NCBI RefSeq assembly: GCF_049969415.1
Contig: NZ_JBMFOX010000010.1
Location: forward strand, 1 to 39,442
Length of the DNA stretch: 39,442 bases
Source of the DNA: Candidatus Hadarchaeum sp.
Lineage (GTDB): Archaea > Hadarchaeota > Hadarchaeia > Hadarchaeales > Hadarchaeaceae
Direction: 5' to 3'
Shown here: positions 8,405 to 17,481 of the stretch, piece by piece
Layout of the letters: each line of letters starts with the position of its first letter
How positions within the stretch are numbered: the first letter of the stretch is position 1
Program-made: the position numbers and the translations under genes
Notes under the pieces: generated by a model
What the model was told of the DNA's origin: nothing
Database searches by the model: none
What the model saw: only the letters and a program-made list of their open reading frames with translations

Positions 8405-10324
8405 GTGGGTGGAGATTTAATAGACGAGAAAAGGATTTCTTACCATCCCTCCGTTCTCAGAGCCTACGAGCGGATCAAGAGGGATGGAATTACCAACATT
8501 TGGGATCGATACGAAGCTCAGGGGTTGGGTGGCGACCCCGATCGAAGATGTCCCTTCTGTCAGGCGGGAACAAGATGTGACCTGTGCTCTAACGGCCCTT
8601 GCCGCGCCGATGCTTCTACCGGGAAGAGGGGCGTCTGCGGGATAACGGCGGACGGGATGGCCGCGCGCATGTCCCTGTTGAGAAATATCTTGGGTGCCTC
8701 GACCTACCACTACCACACCGAGCAGACCATCAAGACGCTGCGCGCCACGGCCGAGGGAAAAACGATGTTTGAGATCAGGGAACCGGGCAAGCTGAGGAAT
8801 TTCGCGGAGCGGCTGGGGGTTGATGTCTCGGGGCCGATCGATGAAATCGCGCTCAGGCTGTGTGATTTCGTGGAATCGGATTTCAATCGAAGTTACACCG
8901 AGCCCAGCCAAATTGTAAGAGCCCTGGCTCCAGAACCACGCCAGGAGCTCTGGAGACGGCTGGGAATTTTTCCGGGAGGCATCTATGGTGAGCTGCTGCT
9001 GGCGACGAGTTCCTGCCTCACCAACGTCGACGGCTACTACGTGAGCTTGTCGCTCAAGGCCATGCGGCTCAGCATCGCGATGGCCTACCAGAGCCAGATC
9101 GTCAACGAGTTCTGCCAGGATGTCCTTTACGGAATTCCCCGACCGCACCGGATGCGCGTTGACTTAGGCGTCTTGGATCCGGATTACGTGAACGTGCTGC
9201 CCAACGGCCATGAGCCCTTCTTAGGGTTTGCCCTAGTTCAGCTGGCGAGGAGACCAGAATGGCAGGAAAGGGCGCAAGCTGCCGGGGCAAAAGGACTTCG
9301 CGTCATCGCCAACATCGAGACGGGGCAGGAGATGATTCAGCGATGCGAGATGGACGATGTGTTCTACGGCTTTACCGGAAACTGGATCATGCAGGAGGCG
9401 GTGTTAGCCAGCGGCTGCGTCGACCTCTTCGCCGCCGACATGAACTGCTCCATGCCGATTGATCCCCTGTATGCCCAGAGGTACAAGTTCAAGCTGGTTC
9501 CGGTCAGCGAGTTGGTCGCCTTTGAAGGGGTAGAAGACAGGGTGAACTATGACCCTGAGAAAGCGGAGCAGCAGGCCGCCCAGCTGCTGCAGATGGCGAT
9601 AGATAACTTCAGGGAACGTAAGGCCTCCGTTGAGCCGATATTCGGTCTGCCCACGAGGGAGGCGGTCGTCGGTTTCTCCACGGAGAGCATTTTGGAGGCC
9701 CTGGGCGGGACTCTGGACCCACTTCTGGAGGCAATCAAGAGAGGCACCCTGCGCGGGGTGGTGGGGCTGGTTTCCTGCACCACGCTCAGAGACCACGGCC
9801 AAGACGTGCACAGCGTGGCCTTGGCCAAGGAGCTGATCAAGCGGGACCTACTGGTTCTTTCGATGGGTTGCGGCAACGCAGCGATGCAGGTCGCCGGCCT
9901 CTGCTCCCCAGAGGCCAAGGAGCTGGCTGGACCCGGCTTGAGGAAGATCTGCGAAGCGCTTAAGATACCACCTGTTTTAAGCTACGGCACCTGCACGGAC
10001 ACCGGACGCTTGGCCGACCTCTTGGCTGAAATTTCCAAATCCTTGGGTGGCGTTGACATTTCCGACCTCCCCGTCGCAGCTGCGGCCCCCGAGTACATGG
10101 AGCAGAAGGCCACCATCGACGCCATCTTCTCGCTTGCTCTAGGCCTCTTCACCTATGTTAACCCCATCCCCACGGTCACCGGTGCACCTAGCTTGGTGAA
10201 ACTACTGACCTGTGATTGTGAGCTGGTCACCGGGGGCAAGATCAACGTGGAGAAGGACCCGGTCAAAGCCGCCGACGCCATCCTAGCCCATGTGGAGTCA
10301 AAACGGAAGAAGCTGGGAATCTGA
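8405..10324 (+). CDS. cooS: CooS/CODH-family protein with non-canonical active-site ligands (CooS-V-like)
   Basis: CPFC then CDLCSNGPC...GVCG cluster motifs; NGHEP, DMNC, VSCTT, MGCG, GTCTD and EQKA. Confidence 0.92.
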   Translation: MGGDLIDEKRISYHPSVLRAYERIKRDGITNIWDRYEAQGLGGDPDRRCPFCQAGTRCDLCSNGPCRADASTGKRGVCGITADGMAARMSLLRNILGASTYHYHTEQTIKTLRATAEGKTMFEIREPGKLRNFAERLGVDVSGPIDEIALRLCDFVESDFNRSYTEPSQIVRALAPEPRQELWRRLGIFPGGIYGELLLATSSCLTNVDGYYVSLSLKAMRLSIAMAYQSQIVNEFCQDVLYGIPRPHRMRVDLGVLDPDYVNVLPNGHEPFLGFALVQLARRPEWQERAQAAGAKGLRVIANIETGQEMIQRCEMDDVFYGFTGNWIMQEAVLASGCVDLFAADMNCSMPIDPLYAQRYKFKLVPVSELVAFEGVEDRVNYDPEKAEQQAAQLLQMAIDNFRERKASVEPIFGLPTREAVVGFSTESILEALGGTLDPLLEAIKRGTLRGVVGLVSCTTLRDHGQDVHSVALAKELIKRDLLVLSMGCGNAAMQVAGLCSPEAKELAGPGLRKICEALKIPPVLSYGTCTDTGRLADLLAEISKSLGGVDISDLPVAAAAPEYMEQKATIDAIFSLALGLFTYVNPIPTVTGAPSLVKLLTCDCELVTGGKINVEKDPVKAADAILAHVESKRKKLGI

Positions 10325-10334
10325 GTGGCGGTGC

Positions 10335-11171
10335 TCACTTATCTAGGCTGGCTATTAGCAGCAGTGATTTCTCATACAGCCCCCTCGCCACCTCGGGCGG
10401 GATTATCTTTTGCTCCAAATATTCGCGCATTATGGTGGTGATGTCCCACCCAACATAGGCGAGGTTCAAACTCCCCGAGCCTGGCGGTTGCGGGCTGTTT
10501 TTCAACATGCGCGCGGTCCTCATCCTCAGGCTATCCAGCTTGATCCGTCTAAGTTCCTCCACCAGGACCTCAAATTCAACGCCGTTATTTTGGTGGCGTG
10601 ACAGGTAACTGCCCAGGTCGGAGGCGAGCTCCCAGTAGAGGTCAATCGCCGTTAGCAGCGAACCTCTGTCCGGATGAACGTCCAGTCGCCAGATAGTCTT
10701 GGCACCTAGGTGGTCGCTCAGCCGTTCGATGAGCTGGTCGCCGAAGGTCAGGATTGGCATTTTAAGATAGGCCGCCAGCATGGAGGCCCTGAGATCGGTG
10801 AGCGGTATTTCTCGCTCAGCCCCGTAAAGCAGCCTTCGCGAGATCTCATCCAGCAGCTCGGGCAGATAGACGACAATCAGTTCGCCGTCACGCACGAACT
10901 GGTTGACCAAGCTGTATCCGACCGTTAGCCCCCGCACCGATATCAACTTGTCGCGCGATAGCCAGCTGTAGGTCGCCGAGGGCAGATAGAGCCCGCCGCC
11001 GCTAAAAATCTGCCGCGACTTTTCAAAGTTATCACGAGTGGTCAGAACGCTGACATCGCAGACGGCCCCGAACTCATTAACCTTTTCATCGCTGGTTGAG
11101 GCACGTTCGGTCCGTCCATTGGTGAAGTCCACCTCTTCGGCGAAAATTCTCTTTTCAGTTCTTTGCAGCAC
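10335..11171 (-). CDS. Hypothetical protein, possible degenerate PIN-domain fold
   Basis: VCDVSVL ... LYLPSATY ... TDLRASMLAAYLKMPILTFGD echoes PIN motifs. Start taken at in-frame GTG 11171, behind GGCGGGGA (the ORF is open from 11231). Confidence 0.6.
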   Translation of the reverse strand: MLQRTEKRIFAEEVDFTNGRTERASTSDEKVNEFGAVCDVSVLTTRDNFEKSRQIFSGGGLYLPSATYSWLSRDKLISVRGLTVGYSLVNQFVRDGELIVVYLPELLDEISRRLLYGAEREIPLTDLRASMLAAYLKMPILTFGDQLIERLSDHLGAKTIWRLDVHPDRGSLLTAIDLYWELASDLGSYLSRHQNNGVEFEVLVEELRRIKLDSLRMRTARMLKNSPQPPGSGSLNLAYVGWDITTIMREYLEQKIIPPEVARGLYEKSLLLIASLDK

Positions 11172-11227
11172 ATCCCCGCCGCGTCTTTGGGCCGACCATT
11201 TATAAAAAGGCAAGCGGCAGCAAAAAT

Positions 11228-11872
11228 TCAAGCTTGGGTCAGCTGTTCGCGTAGCGCCTGGATCCGGCGCTCAAGGGATACGATGATGGCCGAGTTGTCG
11301 TACGGCTCCAGCTTGCCCTTGCATTTCGGGCACTTGAAATCGTTTTCCGAGGCCTCTTCCAGCGTGACCTTAGGACAACCGTTGCTGCAGGAAAAATAGA
11401 TGGTGTTCTTCTCCTTCTCTAGTTGCTCCTCGAGCCTTTGCAACAGAAGCTGGCGGTTGGTTTTGACATATGCCAGCGCGCGCTCAGGGTCGACTTTCCA
11501 GTAGTAAATATACCAACCGCTGTTTTCGTCGCGGACCCGCCGGTAGCTGACCACCCGGTTGTCGTAGAGATCGTACAATATCCTGCGGACGAGGTTGAGC
11601 CGAATCCCGGTCCGCTTGGCAATTTCCTCATCGGTCAGCTCTTCCGAGACGATGGCCTTGGCCACGGTATAACCGTGCTCTCCGGCTATTTGGTGAAGAA
11701 GCTCGTAAATCGTGGGGTTCTCCAGCGGTACGGTCTTTGCCTCGACCTTTACTGGCTGGACCTTGCTTCTTGCCTTTTTTGCCGAAGCAGCACCTGTTTT
11801 TTTCACCTGCTTTTTTTCTTCCTTGCTTTTTTTCTTCGTCTTTTCTGTTCTCTTAGAAGCTGCCTTTGCCAT
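11228..11872 (-). CDS. tfe: Transcription factor E (TFE alpha) with Lys-rich N-terminal extension
   Basis: Winged helix TDEEIA...LNLVRRILYDLY...YRRVRDENSGWYIYYW, Zn ribbon CSNGC...FKCPKC, and a DNS motif. Confidence 0.95.
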   Translation of the reverse strand: MAKAASKRTEKTKKKSKEEKKQVKKTGAASAKKARSKVQPVKVEAKTVPLENPTIYELLHQIAGEHGYTVAKAIVSEELTDEEIAKRTGIRLNLVRRILYDLYDNRVVSYRRVRDENSGWYIYYWKVDPERALAYVKTNRQLLLQRLEEQLEKEKNTIYFSCSNGCPKVTLEEASENDFKCPKCKGKLEPYDNSAIIVSLERRIQALREQLTQA

Positions 11873-11956
11873 GGGACCACCATTTCCAGCATTTAAATTT
11901 TTTGTCTCTTTTTGTAAATATAACTAACGGGAATTAAAACAAAGTTGGGGGATTTT

Positions 11957-12484
11957 TCAAGTCCTTATTTCAACTTTTTTACCCTTTTCTGTCGGAATTA
12001 TCCTCATTTTTCCGTTTTTGAACTCTTTTTTCAGCTCAGAACCGTAAAAAAGTCTATCAAGAAAAATGGCTAGCGCCGCTATCTCCGAATGTGGTTGATT
12101 GCCCACGGAAACGTTAAAATCAGCTATCTTGAAGATTTCACCCGGCATTTTTTCTCCCCCCACGATGACCAAGATTTCTCGGCCCCTGAGCCTGTCTATC
12201 ATCTCATCGACTGGCAATCCGTACATTGTCAGGTGCACAACCATGCCACCCTTCCGGCGCCAATCCTCCACGACGGTCTTCCAAGGTCTTCCGCTTTCCA
12301 CGAAGAATTCCCCGCCCCAGTTCTTGACCACCTTCCTGATGCTGGTTTCAACCGACGCGTCGCTGACGTTGGCGATGATCATTCCGTCGGCGCCGAAAGC
12401 CCTCGCGACCAGCCCCACGTGGGTGGTCACCCGCTTGTCCCGGTTAATTCGGTGCCCCATCCGTAAAACTACGACTTTGGCCAT
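11957..12484 (-). CDS. trm56: tRNA (cytidine(56)-2'-O)-methyltransferase
   Basis: Motifs [26 protein letters not shown], HLTMYG and [16 protein letters not shown]. Confidence 0.95.
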   Translation of the reverse strand: MAKVVVLRMGHRINRDKRVTTHVGLVARAFGADGMIIANVSDASVETSIRKVVKNWGGEFFVESGRPWKTVVEDWRRKGGMVVHLTMYGLPVDEMIDRLRGREILVIVGGEKMPGEIFKIADFNVSVGNQPHSEIAALAIFLDRLFYGSELKKEFKNGKMRIIPTEKGKKVEIRT

Positions 12485-12518
12485 CGCTTAATATTGAGAT
12501 TTCCGGAGCTAAATGCTG

Positions 12519-13574
12519 TTAGGCGTTGGTGCGAATAGACTCCAACAGCGCGTCCAGGTTGGTGCCTCGGGCAGCTGATATCGGCACCAGGGTTGAGGTC
12601 ATGCTGTGGAGCACTTCCATCTTGCGCTTGAGTTCTTCCTCAGTTATTAGGTCGATTTTGTTGAGTGCGGTGATCGTCTTGACATGATAGCCAGCCAAGA
12701 TCTTCTGCGATGTCCTGAGCTTCCTTATCATTTCCGGGACAGAGTCCGAGGCGTCCACCAGCAGCACCACTAGGTCCGCCATATAGATTTCCTCAAGCGT
12801 GGCCTTGAACGCCTCGAAGAGCCACGGTGGCAGGTCGTCGATGAAGCCGACTGTGTCGGTGAGTAGGATCATCCTGCTTGACTTGAGCGCCCGGGTTCTA
12901 GGCATCAGGGTGGTAAAGTACATATCATCCACTTCGGCCCGGGCATCGGTCAGGGCATTCAGCAGCGTTGACTTTCCCGAGTTGGTGTAGCCGGCCAGCG
13001 CCACCAGCTTGAACCCTCTTTTTCTCCTGAATTTGCGCCGCTCCTCCCGGGTCTTTTCCAAGGACTTCAACTTCCGGCGCAGGTTGGCCAGCTTGCGCTT
13101 GACCATGTCATACCTCACGTTAACCTCGTACTCACCACCACCGCGGAAACCCGGCTGCTCCACCGAGAGGAGTGCCTTAATCTGTTCCCGAATCTTAGGC
13201 AGCTCGTATCTCAGCCGGGCATACTCTATCTGCAGCTTCGCCTCAGGTGAACCCGCCCTCATGGCGAAGATTTCCAGGACAATTTGGAACCTGTCGACGA
13301 CCTCCACGCCGACCAGACGCGAAAGCTTGTAGGCTTGGGAAGGGGTCAGCTGGTTGCGGAAAACTACTCGCTCTGCCTGATTGGATTTGACCAGCGCGGC
13401 CAGCTCTTTCACCTTACCTCTTCCGATTTGATAGGCAGGATCAGGGGGGCGGAACTGCTGCACCTTCGCCACCACCTCATAGTTTAACGTCTTAACCAGC
13501 GCTTCCAGCTCATTCAGGCTGGGCTGTTCTCCAGGCGTCAGGCGTTCGACGAGAATAACGCGCATGTCCCTCAA
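12519..13574 (-). CDS. hflX: GTPase HflX
   Basis: Motifs EAKLQIEYA.L.Y, GYTNSGKS, FTTL, DTVGFI and NKID. Confidence 0.95.
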   Translation of the reverse strand: MRDMRVILVERLTPGEQPSLNELEALVKTLNYEVVAKVQQFRPPDPAYQIGRGKVKELAALVKSNQAERVVFRNQLTPSQAYKLSRLVGVEVVDRFQIVLEIFAMRAGSPEAKLQIEYARLRYELPKIREQIKALLSVEQPGFRGGGEYEVNVRYDMVKRKLANLRRKLKSLEKTREERRKFRRKRGFKLVALAGYTNSGKSTLLNALTDARAEVDDMYFTTLMPRTRALKSSRMILLTDTVGFIDDLPPWLFEAFKATLEEIYMADLVVLLVDASDSVPEMIRKLRTSQKILAGYHVKTITALNKIDLITEEELKRKMEVLHSMTSTLVPISAARGTNLDALLESIRTNA

Positions 13575-13755
13575 TTAAACCTCACCATGCTGGCAAAAAT
13601 TTATGGGTGAGACCATCGAGAATTCTGATGGAATAGTCAGAGTGGCTGTTTTTGATTGTGTTTTGGGCCAACTTTCTCTAGTTTATTTAAAAAATGACCT
13701 GAACTTCCACTGAAACTTTATTAAGGTCTTACAATATTATTGAACGGGATCAAAG

Positions 13756-14973
13756 TTGTCCGATTCTACAAAATCAAAACCCAGCTCCAGCGACGAGTCC
13801 TACGTGGCGGACTACATCCAGGGACTCGAGCGCCGCGTCCGTGATCTCGAACACGAGAAGCGCATCATCGAGAGCCAGTACCTGAAGATGGAGCGGGAGC
13901 TGCAGAGCTTGCGAGCCGAGTTTGACCGGATGCGGGCCCCGCCACTAGTGGCAGCGACGCTTATAGATGTCTTGGAGGATGGCCGCGCCATCGTGCGCAG
14001 CAGCGCTGGGCCTCACTTCGTGGTCACGGCTTCACAGTTTATCAAGCCCGAGGATCTCAAGCCCGGGGTCAGGGTGGCGCTCAACCAGCGGAACCTGAGC
14101 ATCATGGAGATCTTGCCGTCAAAGAAGGATCCCTTGGTTCTGGGTATGGAAGTTGACGAGGCGCCCACGGTCACCTACGCCGATGTCGGAGGGCTTGAGG
14201 AGCAGATTCGGGAGATTCGGGAGACCGTGGAGCTGCCCCTGCTGAGGAAGGATCTTTTTGCCAAGGTGGGCATAGATCCTCCCAAAGGGGTTCTGCTCTA
14301 CGGGCCGGCAGGTACAGGAAAGACGCTGCTGGCTAGGGCCGTGGCCCACGAGACCAAGGCGACCTTCATCAGGGTGGTCGGTTCGGAGCTGGTTCACAAG
14401 TACATCGGGGAGGGAGCGAGGATAGTCAGGGAGATGTTCGAGCTGGCTAGGGAGCGGGCTCCGTCAATCGTCTTCATCGATGAGCTCGACGCCATCGGGG
14501 CCAGGCGCATGGACGTTTCAACTAGCGGCGACCGGGAGGTGCACAGGACTCTGATGCAGCTCTTGGCCGAAATCGACGGCTTCGATCCGCGGGGCGATGT
14601 GAGAATCCTCGCCGCGACCAACCGTCCCGACATCCTTGACCCGGCACTGCTGCGTCCGGGAAGATTCGACAGGTTGATTTATTTCCCGTTGCCGAACGAG
14701 TCGGCCAGATATGCGATCTTCAAGATCCACACGGCGAAGATGAACTTGGCCAAGGACGTTGACCTCAAGGCTCTAGCCAAGGCCACCGAGAAAGCGACCG
14801 GTGCCGACATCAAGGCGATCTGTACTGAGGCAGGGATGTTTGCAATCAGAGGTGGAAGGGATCAGGTGACGCAGGCCGACTTCAAAATGGCGGTGGCCAA
14901 GGTTCTACCGCCGAGCCGGATCCATGAGGATTTTGAGCTCTCGACCAAACCAGAGAAAATGTATGGTTACTAA
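13756..14973 (+). CDS. pan: Proteasome-activating nucleotidase
   Basis: N-terminal coiled coil, PPL/OB domain, [23 protein letters not shown] and RPGRFDR. Upstream TATA-like GAAACTTTATTAAG. Confidence 0.96.
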   Translation: MSDSTKSKPSSSDESYVADYIQGLERRVRDLEHEKRIIESQYLKMERELQSLRAEFDRMRAPPLVAATLIDVLEDGRAIVRSSAGPHFVVTASQFIKPEDLKPGVRVALNQRNLSIMEILPSKKDPLVLGMEVDEAPTVTYADVGGLEEQIREIRETVELPLLRKDLFAKVGIDPPKGVLLYGPAGTGKTLLARAVAHETKATFIRVVGSELVHKYIGEGARIVREMFELARERAPSIVFIDELDAIGARRMDVSTSGDREVHRTLMQLLAEIDGFDPRGDVRILAATNRPDILDPALLRPGRFDRLIYFPLPNESARYAIFKIHTAKMNLAKDVDLKALAKATEKATGADIKAICTEAGMFAIRGGRDQVTQADFKMAVAKVLPPSRIHEDFELSTKPEKMYGY

Positions 14974-14986
14974 CGAAATCATTTTG

Positions 14987-16051
14987 TCAGTTCTGCGAGA
15001 GCAGATTCTTCCACACCGAGTAGGCAATTTTTTCTGTTCCATCTCTTTTCAGCAGCCCTAAGCGGTCATCTTTATCCAGATCATGCAGCCAGGCCCAGCC
15101 AAAAAGCTGTAAGTTCATCCCTTGCTCTTTCGTAAGCGGCCCCGAGGTTTTGGTGATAAAATCGGCTTGCCCCCGTTCGCCACCGAAGGCATCGATCGAA
15201 GGCCAGCCTAGCTCGCTGAAACCAAATGGTTTGTTCGGAATGTAGTTGAACAATTTAGAATAGTAGTCTTGGGGAATATCTGAAGGTTCATTTATGCCTG
15301 CCACGGCGTAGGGATAACTGGTGAAGGCCAAGAGATCCATTTTGTCTGGGTTAAACATAGTGAGTATGGAAATATCCGCCTCCCTCCCCTCGTTTACCAT
15401 TTCTCTGGCGAAGGTGCAGAATACTTTGGTCGTGGGAGATATTTCCTTCACAGCATCGTATATCTCCTCGTAGAGGCTCACGTAGTGCTGAAATCCGTTG
15501 GGATCATTTTCGTTTGCGCCGTATTTTTCGTACCAGCGGTTGACCTCGTTGCCGATGGATAGGTAGAGCGGCCTTGATACCTTTACCACGTCGAGGACAG
15601 CTTGTTTGTAGGCCTCTCTCCACCTCGAGTCATCCATGGTCGCATCATCTAACCCGGGCGGCGTCACAAGCGTTAACCCCTGATTGATAAAGGACATCTG
15701 GATGATGGGGAACATGCCGTTGCCCCTGATGTAGTGTTCCACGAAAGTTTGGCCCCACTGCCCAGCCAGTTCGTTGGCCAGATTATAAAATGGTGTCGGC
15801 TTTCCCCAAACGGGAGAAAATTGAGCAAATTTTGAAGCCTCCAAATAGGCTTGCTCGAATGTTTGCCCTTCCTCCGGCGTTGGCAGAATCCCTATGAAAA
15901 ATCCATTGGAAAATTTGATGGGGTCCGCCGGGGTGATTTTGGTTTCACCGGAAGGCTGTGCCGGATTTTTTGAAAGAATAATTATACCTGCTATTAAAAT
16001 TAAGAGAAGTAATGGCGGGAGTACCATCTTTTTTATCGACATACGGTTCAC
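14987..16051 (-). CDS. Membrane-anchored clan GH-A glycoside hydrolase-like TIM-barrel protein
   Basis: N-terminal signal anchor; IGNEVN (acid/base) and FSELGWPS (nucleophile) motifs; late W-x-W-L-x-D and GL motifs. Confidence 0.75.
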   Translation of the reverse strand: MNRMSIKKMVLPPLLLLILIAGIIILSKNPAQPSGETKITPADPIKFSNGFFIGILPTPEEGQTFEQAYLEASKFAQFSPVWGKPTPFYNLANELAGQWGQTFVEHYIRGNGMFPIIQMSFINQGLTLVTPPGLDDATMDDSRWREAYKQAVLDVVKVSRPLYLSIGNEVNRWYEKYGANENDPNGFQHYVSLYEEIYDAVKEISPTTKVFCTFAREMVNEGREADISILTMFNPDKMDLLAFTSYPYAVAGINEPSDIPQDYYSKLFNYIPNKPFGFSELGWPSIDAFGGERGQADFITKTSGPLTKEQGMNLQLFGWAWLHDLDKDDRLGLLKRDGTEKIAYSVWKNLLSQN

Positions 16052-16110
16052 ATTTGCGTTGTTTTGCCTAATTAAAACAGTTTTTGAGATCGATAGAAAT
16101 CGTGAGAAAT

Positions 16111-17481
16111 CTATTCTCCCTTTATTTTTGACATCAGCAGCTTGGTGATTTCCCTCGGATCAGCCCTACCTCCTATAAGGGCGAGCACCTTTCCCGTCAA
16201 GAAATTGATGGCCTCCTTCTTTCCCGAGAGGTAGTCCTCCACAGCCTTTGGGTTCTCTCGGATCACCCTGTCAATTGCAGCCACCAACTCCGTCTTCTTA
16301 AGGGGAACCAAGCCCAGCTTCAGCATAATCTTCTCTGGGTCGGCTGGTTTCTGAGCCAGCTCCCGGAGGATTAGCTCCCCCTGCTCAGGAGTTACGCGTT
16401 TTTCTTCGACCATTCGGAGCAGCGCTGCGAGCTGTGCCGGCGTGAATCGGATATCGGCGGCCCGGAGCTTCATGTAGTTGAGCACCTTCCTGAGCTTGGT
16501 CTTAAACCAGTTTGCCGCCAGCTTGGGGTCGACTTCACTGGCCACCTTTTCGTAGAGATCGGCTAGCTCCCTCTCGCTGACGATGACCTCGGCCGCCGCC
16601 GGTGATATCCTGTATTTCTCCATCAGCCGCTTCTCCCTAAGATGGGGTGGCTCAGCCATTTCTTCCCGGATCTTCCCAACCCAGGACTGCTCGAGGATGA
16701 GCGGGAAGATGTCAGGGTCAGGTATGTAGCGGTAGTCCTCCTCCGTTTCCTTGGCCCTCATGGGCACGGTGATCATCTGGCTCTCGAGGAAAGCCCTAGT
16801 CTCCCTTTCCACGCTCAGTCCCTTCCTCAGCCTTTCCCGCTGCCGGAGTATCTCGAACTTGAGCGCGCGGTAGGCACCTTTTACCGAGTTGATGTTTTTG
16901 ACCTCTACCCTGCCGCCGCCTTCGAGGGAGATGTTGACGTCGGCCCTCATCGACCCGCCTGCTTCCGGCCTGACCTTTCCCGTGTATTCCAAGACGCGGA
17001 TCAGGGCGCGCAGAAATTTGCGGGCCTCCTCTGGTGACTTCAGGTCCGGCTCAGTGACGATTTCCACCAGAGGCACTCCTGAACGATTGTAGTCCACGCT
17101 CCCCGTCGTCGGGTCGTACTGCCCGGGATCCTCCTCAAGGTGAATTTCCCTGATTCTAACGCCCTGGAGAATTCCTCCGCGGGCAATCGGTAGGCTCGTG
17201 CGCTGGTACCCGCTCGGCAGGTCGGGATAATCGTAGTGCTTCCTTTGGATGTAGATTGTCTGGTCGGTGACAGCCTCGCACCCCAGCATCAGGGCAATTT
17301 CCACCGCGGCCTCGACCGCTGCTTTATTCGGTGGCAGCGGCTTGGCGCCGGGCATGCCGGTGCAGATGGGGCAGACGTTGGTGTTGGGCGGAACTTCCTG
17401 ATAGTTCGTCGGGCAGTTGCAGAACATCTTGCGCCTCGTCGCGATCTGCTGGTGGACCTCAAACCCTATCCTTACGTTCAT
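16111..17481 (-). CDS. gatB: Asp-tRNA(Asn)/Glu-tRNA(Gln) amidotransferase subunit B
   Basis: Motifs IGFEVH, RKHYDYPDLP, HLEEDPG, DYNRSGVPLVEIVTEP, VEVKNINS and DYRYIPDPD. Confidence 0.96.
   Translation of the reverse strand: MNVRIGFEVHQQIATRRKMFCNCPTNYQEVPPNTNVCPICTGMPGAKPLPPNKAAVEAAVEIALMLGCEAVTDQTIYIQRKHYDYPDLPSGYQRTSLPIARGGILQGVRIREIHLEEDPGQYDPTTGSVDYNRSGVPLVEIVTEPDLKSPEEARKFLRALIRVLEYTGKVRPEAGGSMRADVNISLEGGGRVEVKNINSVKGAYRALKFEILRQRERLRKGLSVERETRAFLESQMITVPMRAKETEEDYRYIPDPDIFPLILEQSWVGKIREEMAEPPHLREKRLMEKYRISPAAAEVIVSERELADLYEKVASEVDPKLAANWFKTKLRKVLNYMKLRAADIRFTPAQLAALLRMVEEKRVTPEQGELILRELAQKPADPEKIMLKLGLVPLKKTELVAAIDRVIRENPKAVEDYLSGKKEAINFLTGKVLALIGGRADPREITKLLMSKIKGE

Noticed and set aside
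8417-9148. 243-aa antisense ORF, and the many other short overlapping ORFs in the track
   Set aside because: They lie opposite or out of frame within well-supported genes and lack recognisable motifs.
8405-10324. Evidence for carboxydotrophy or a Wood-Ljungdahl pathway
   Set aside because: The active-site substitutions and the lack of cooC/cooF/acs neighbours do not support it.
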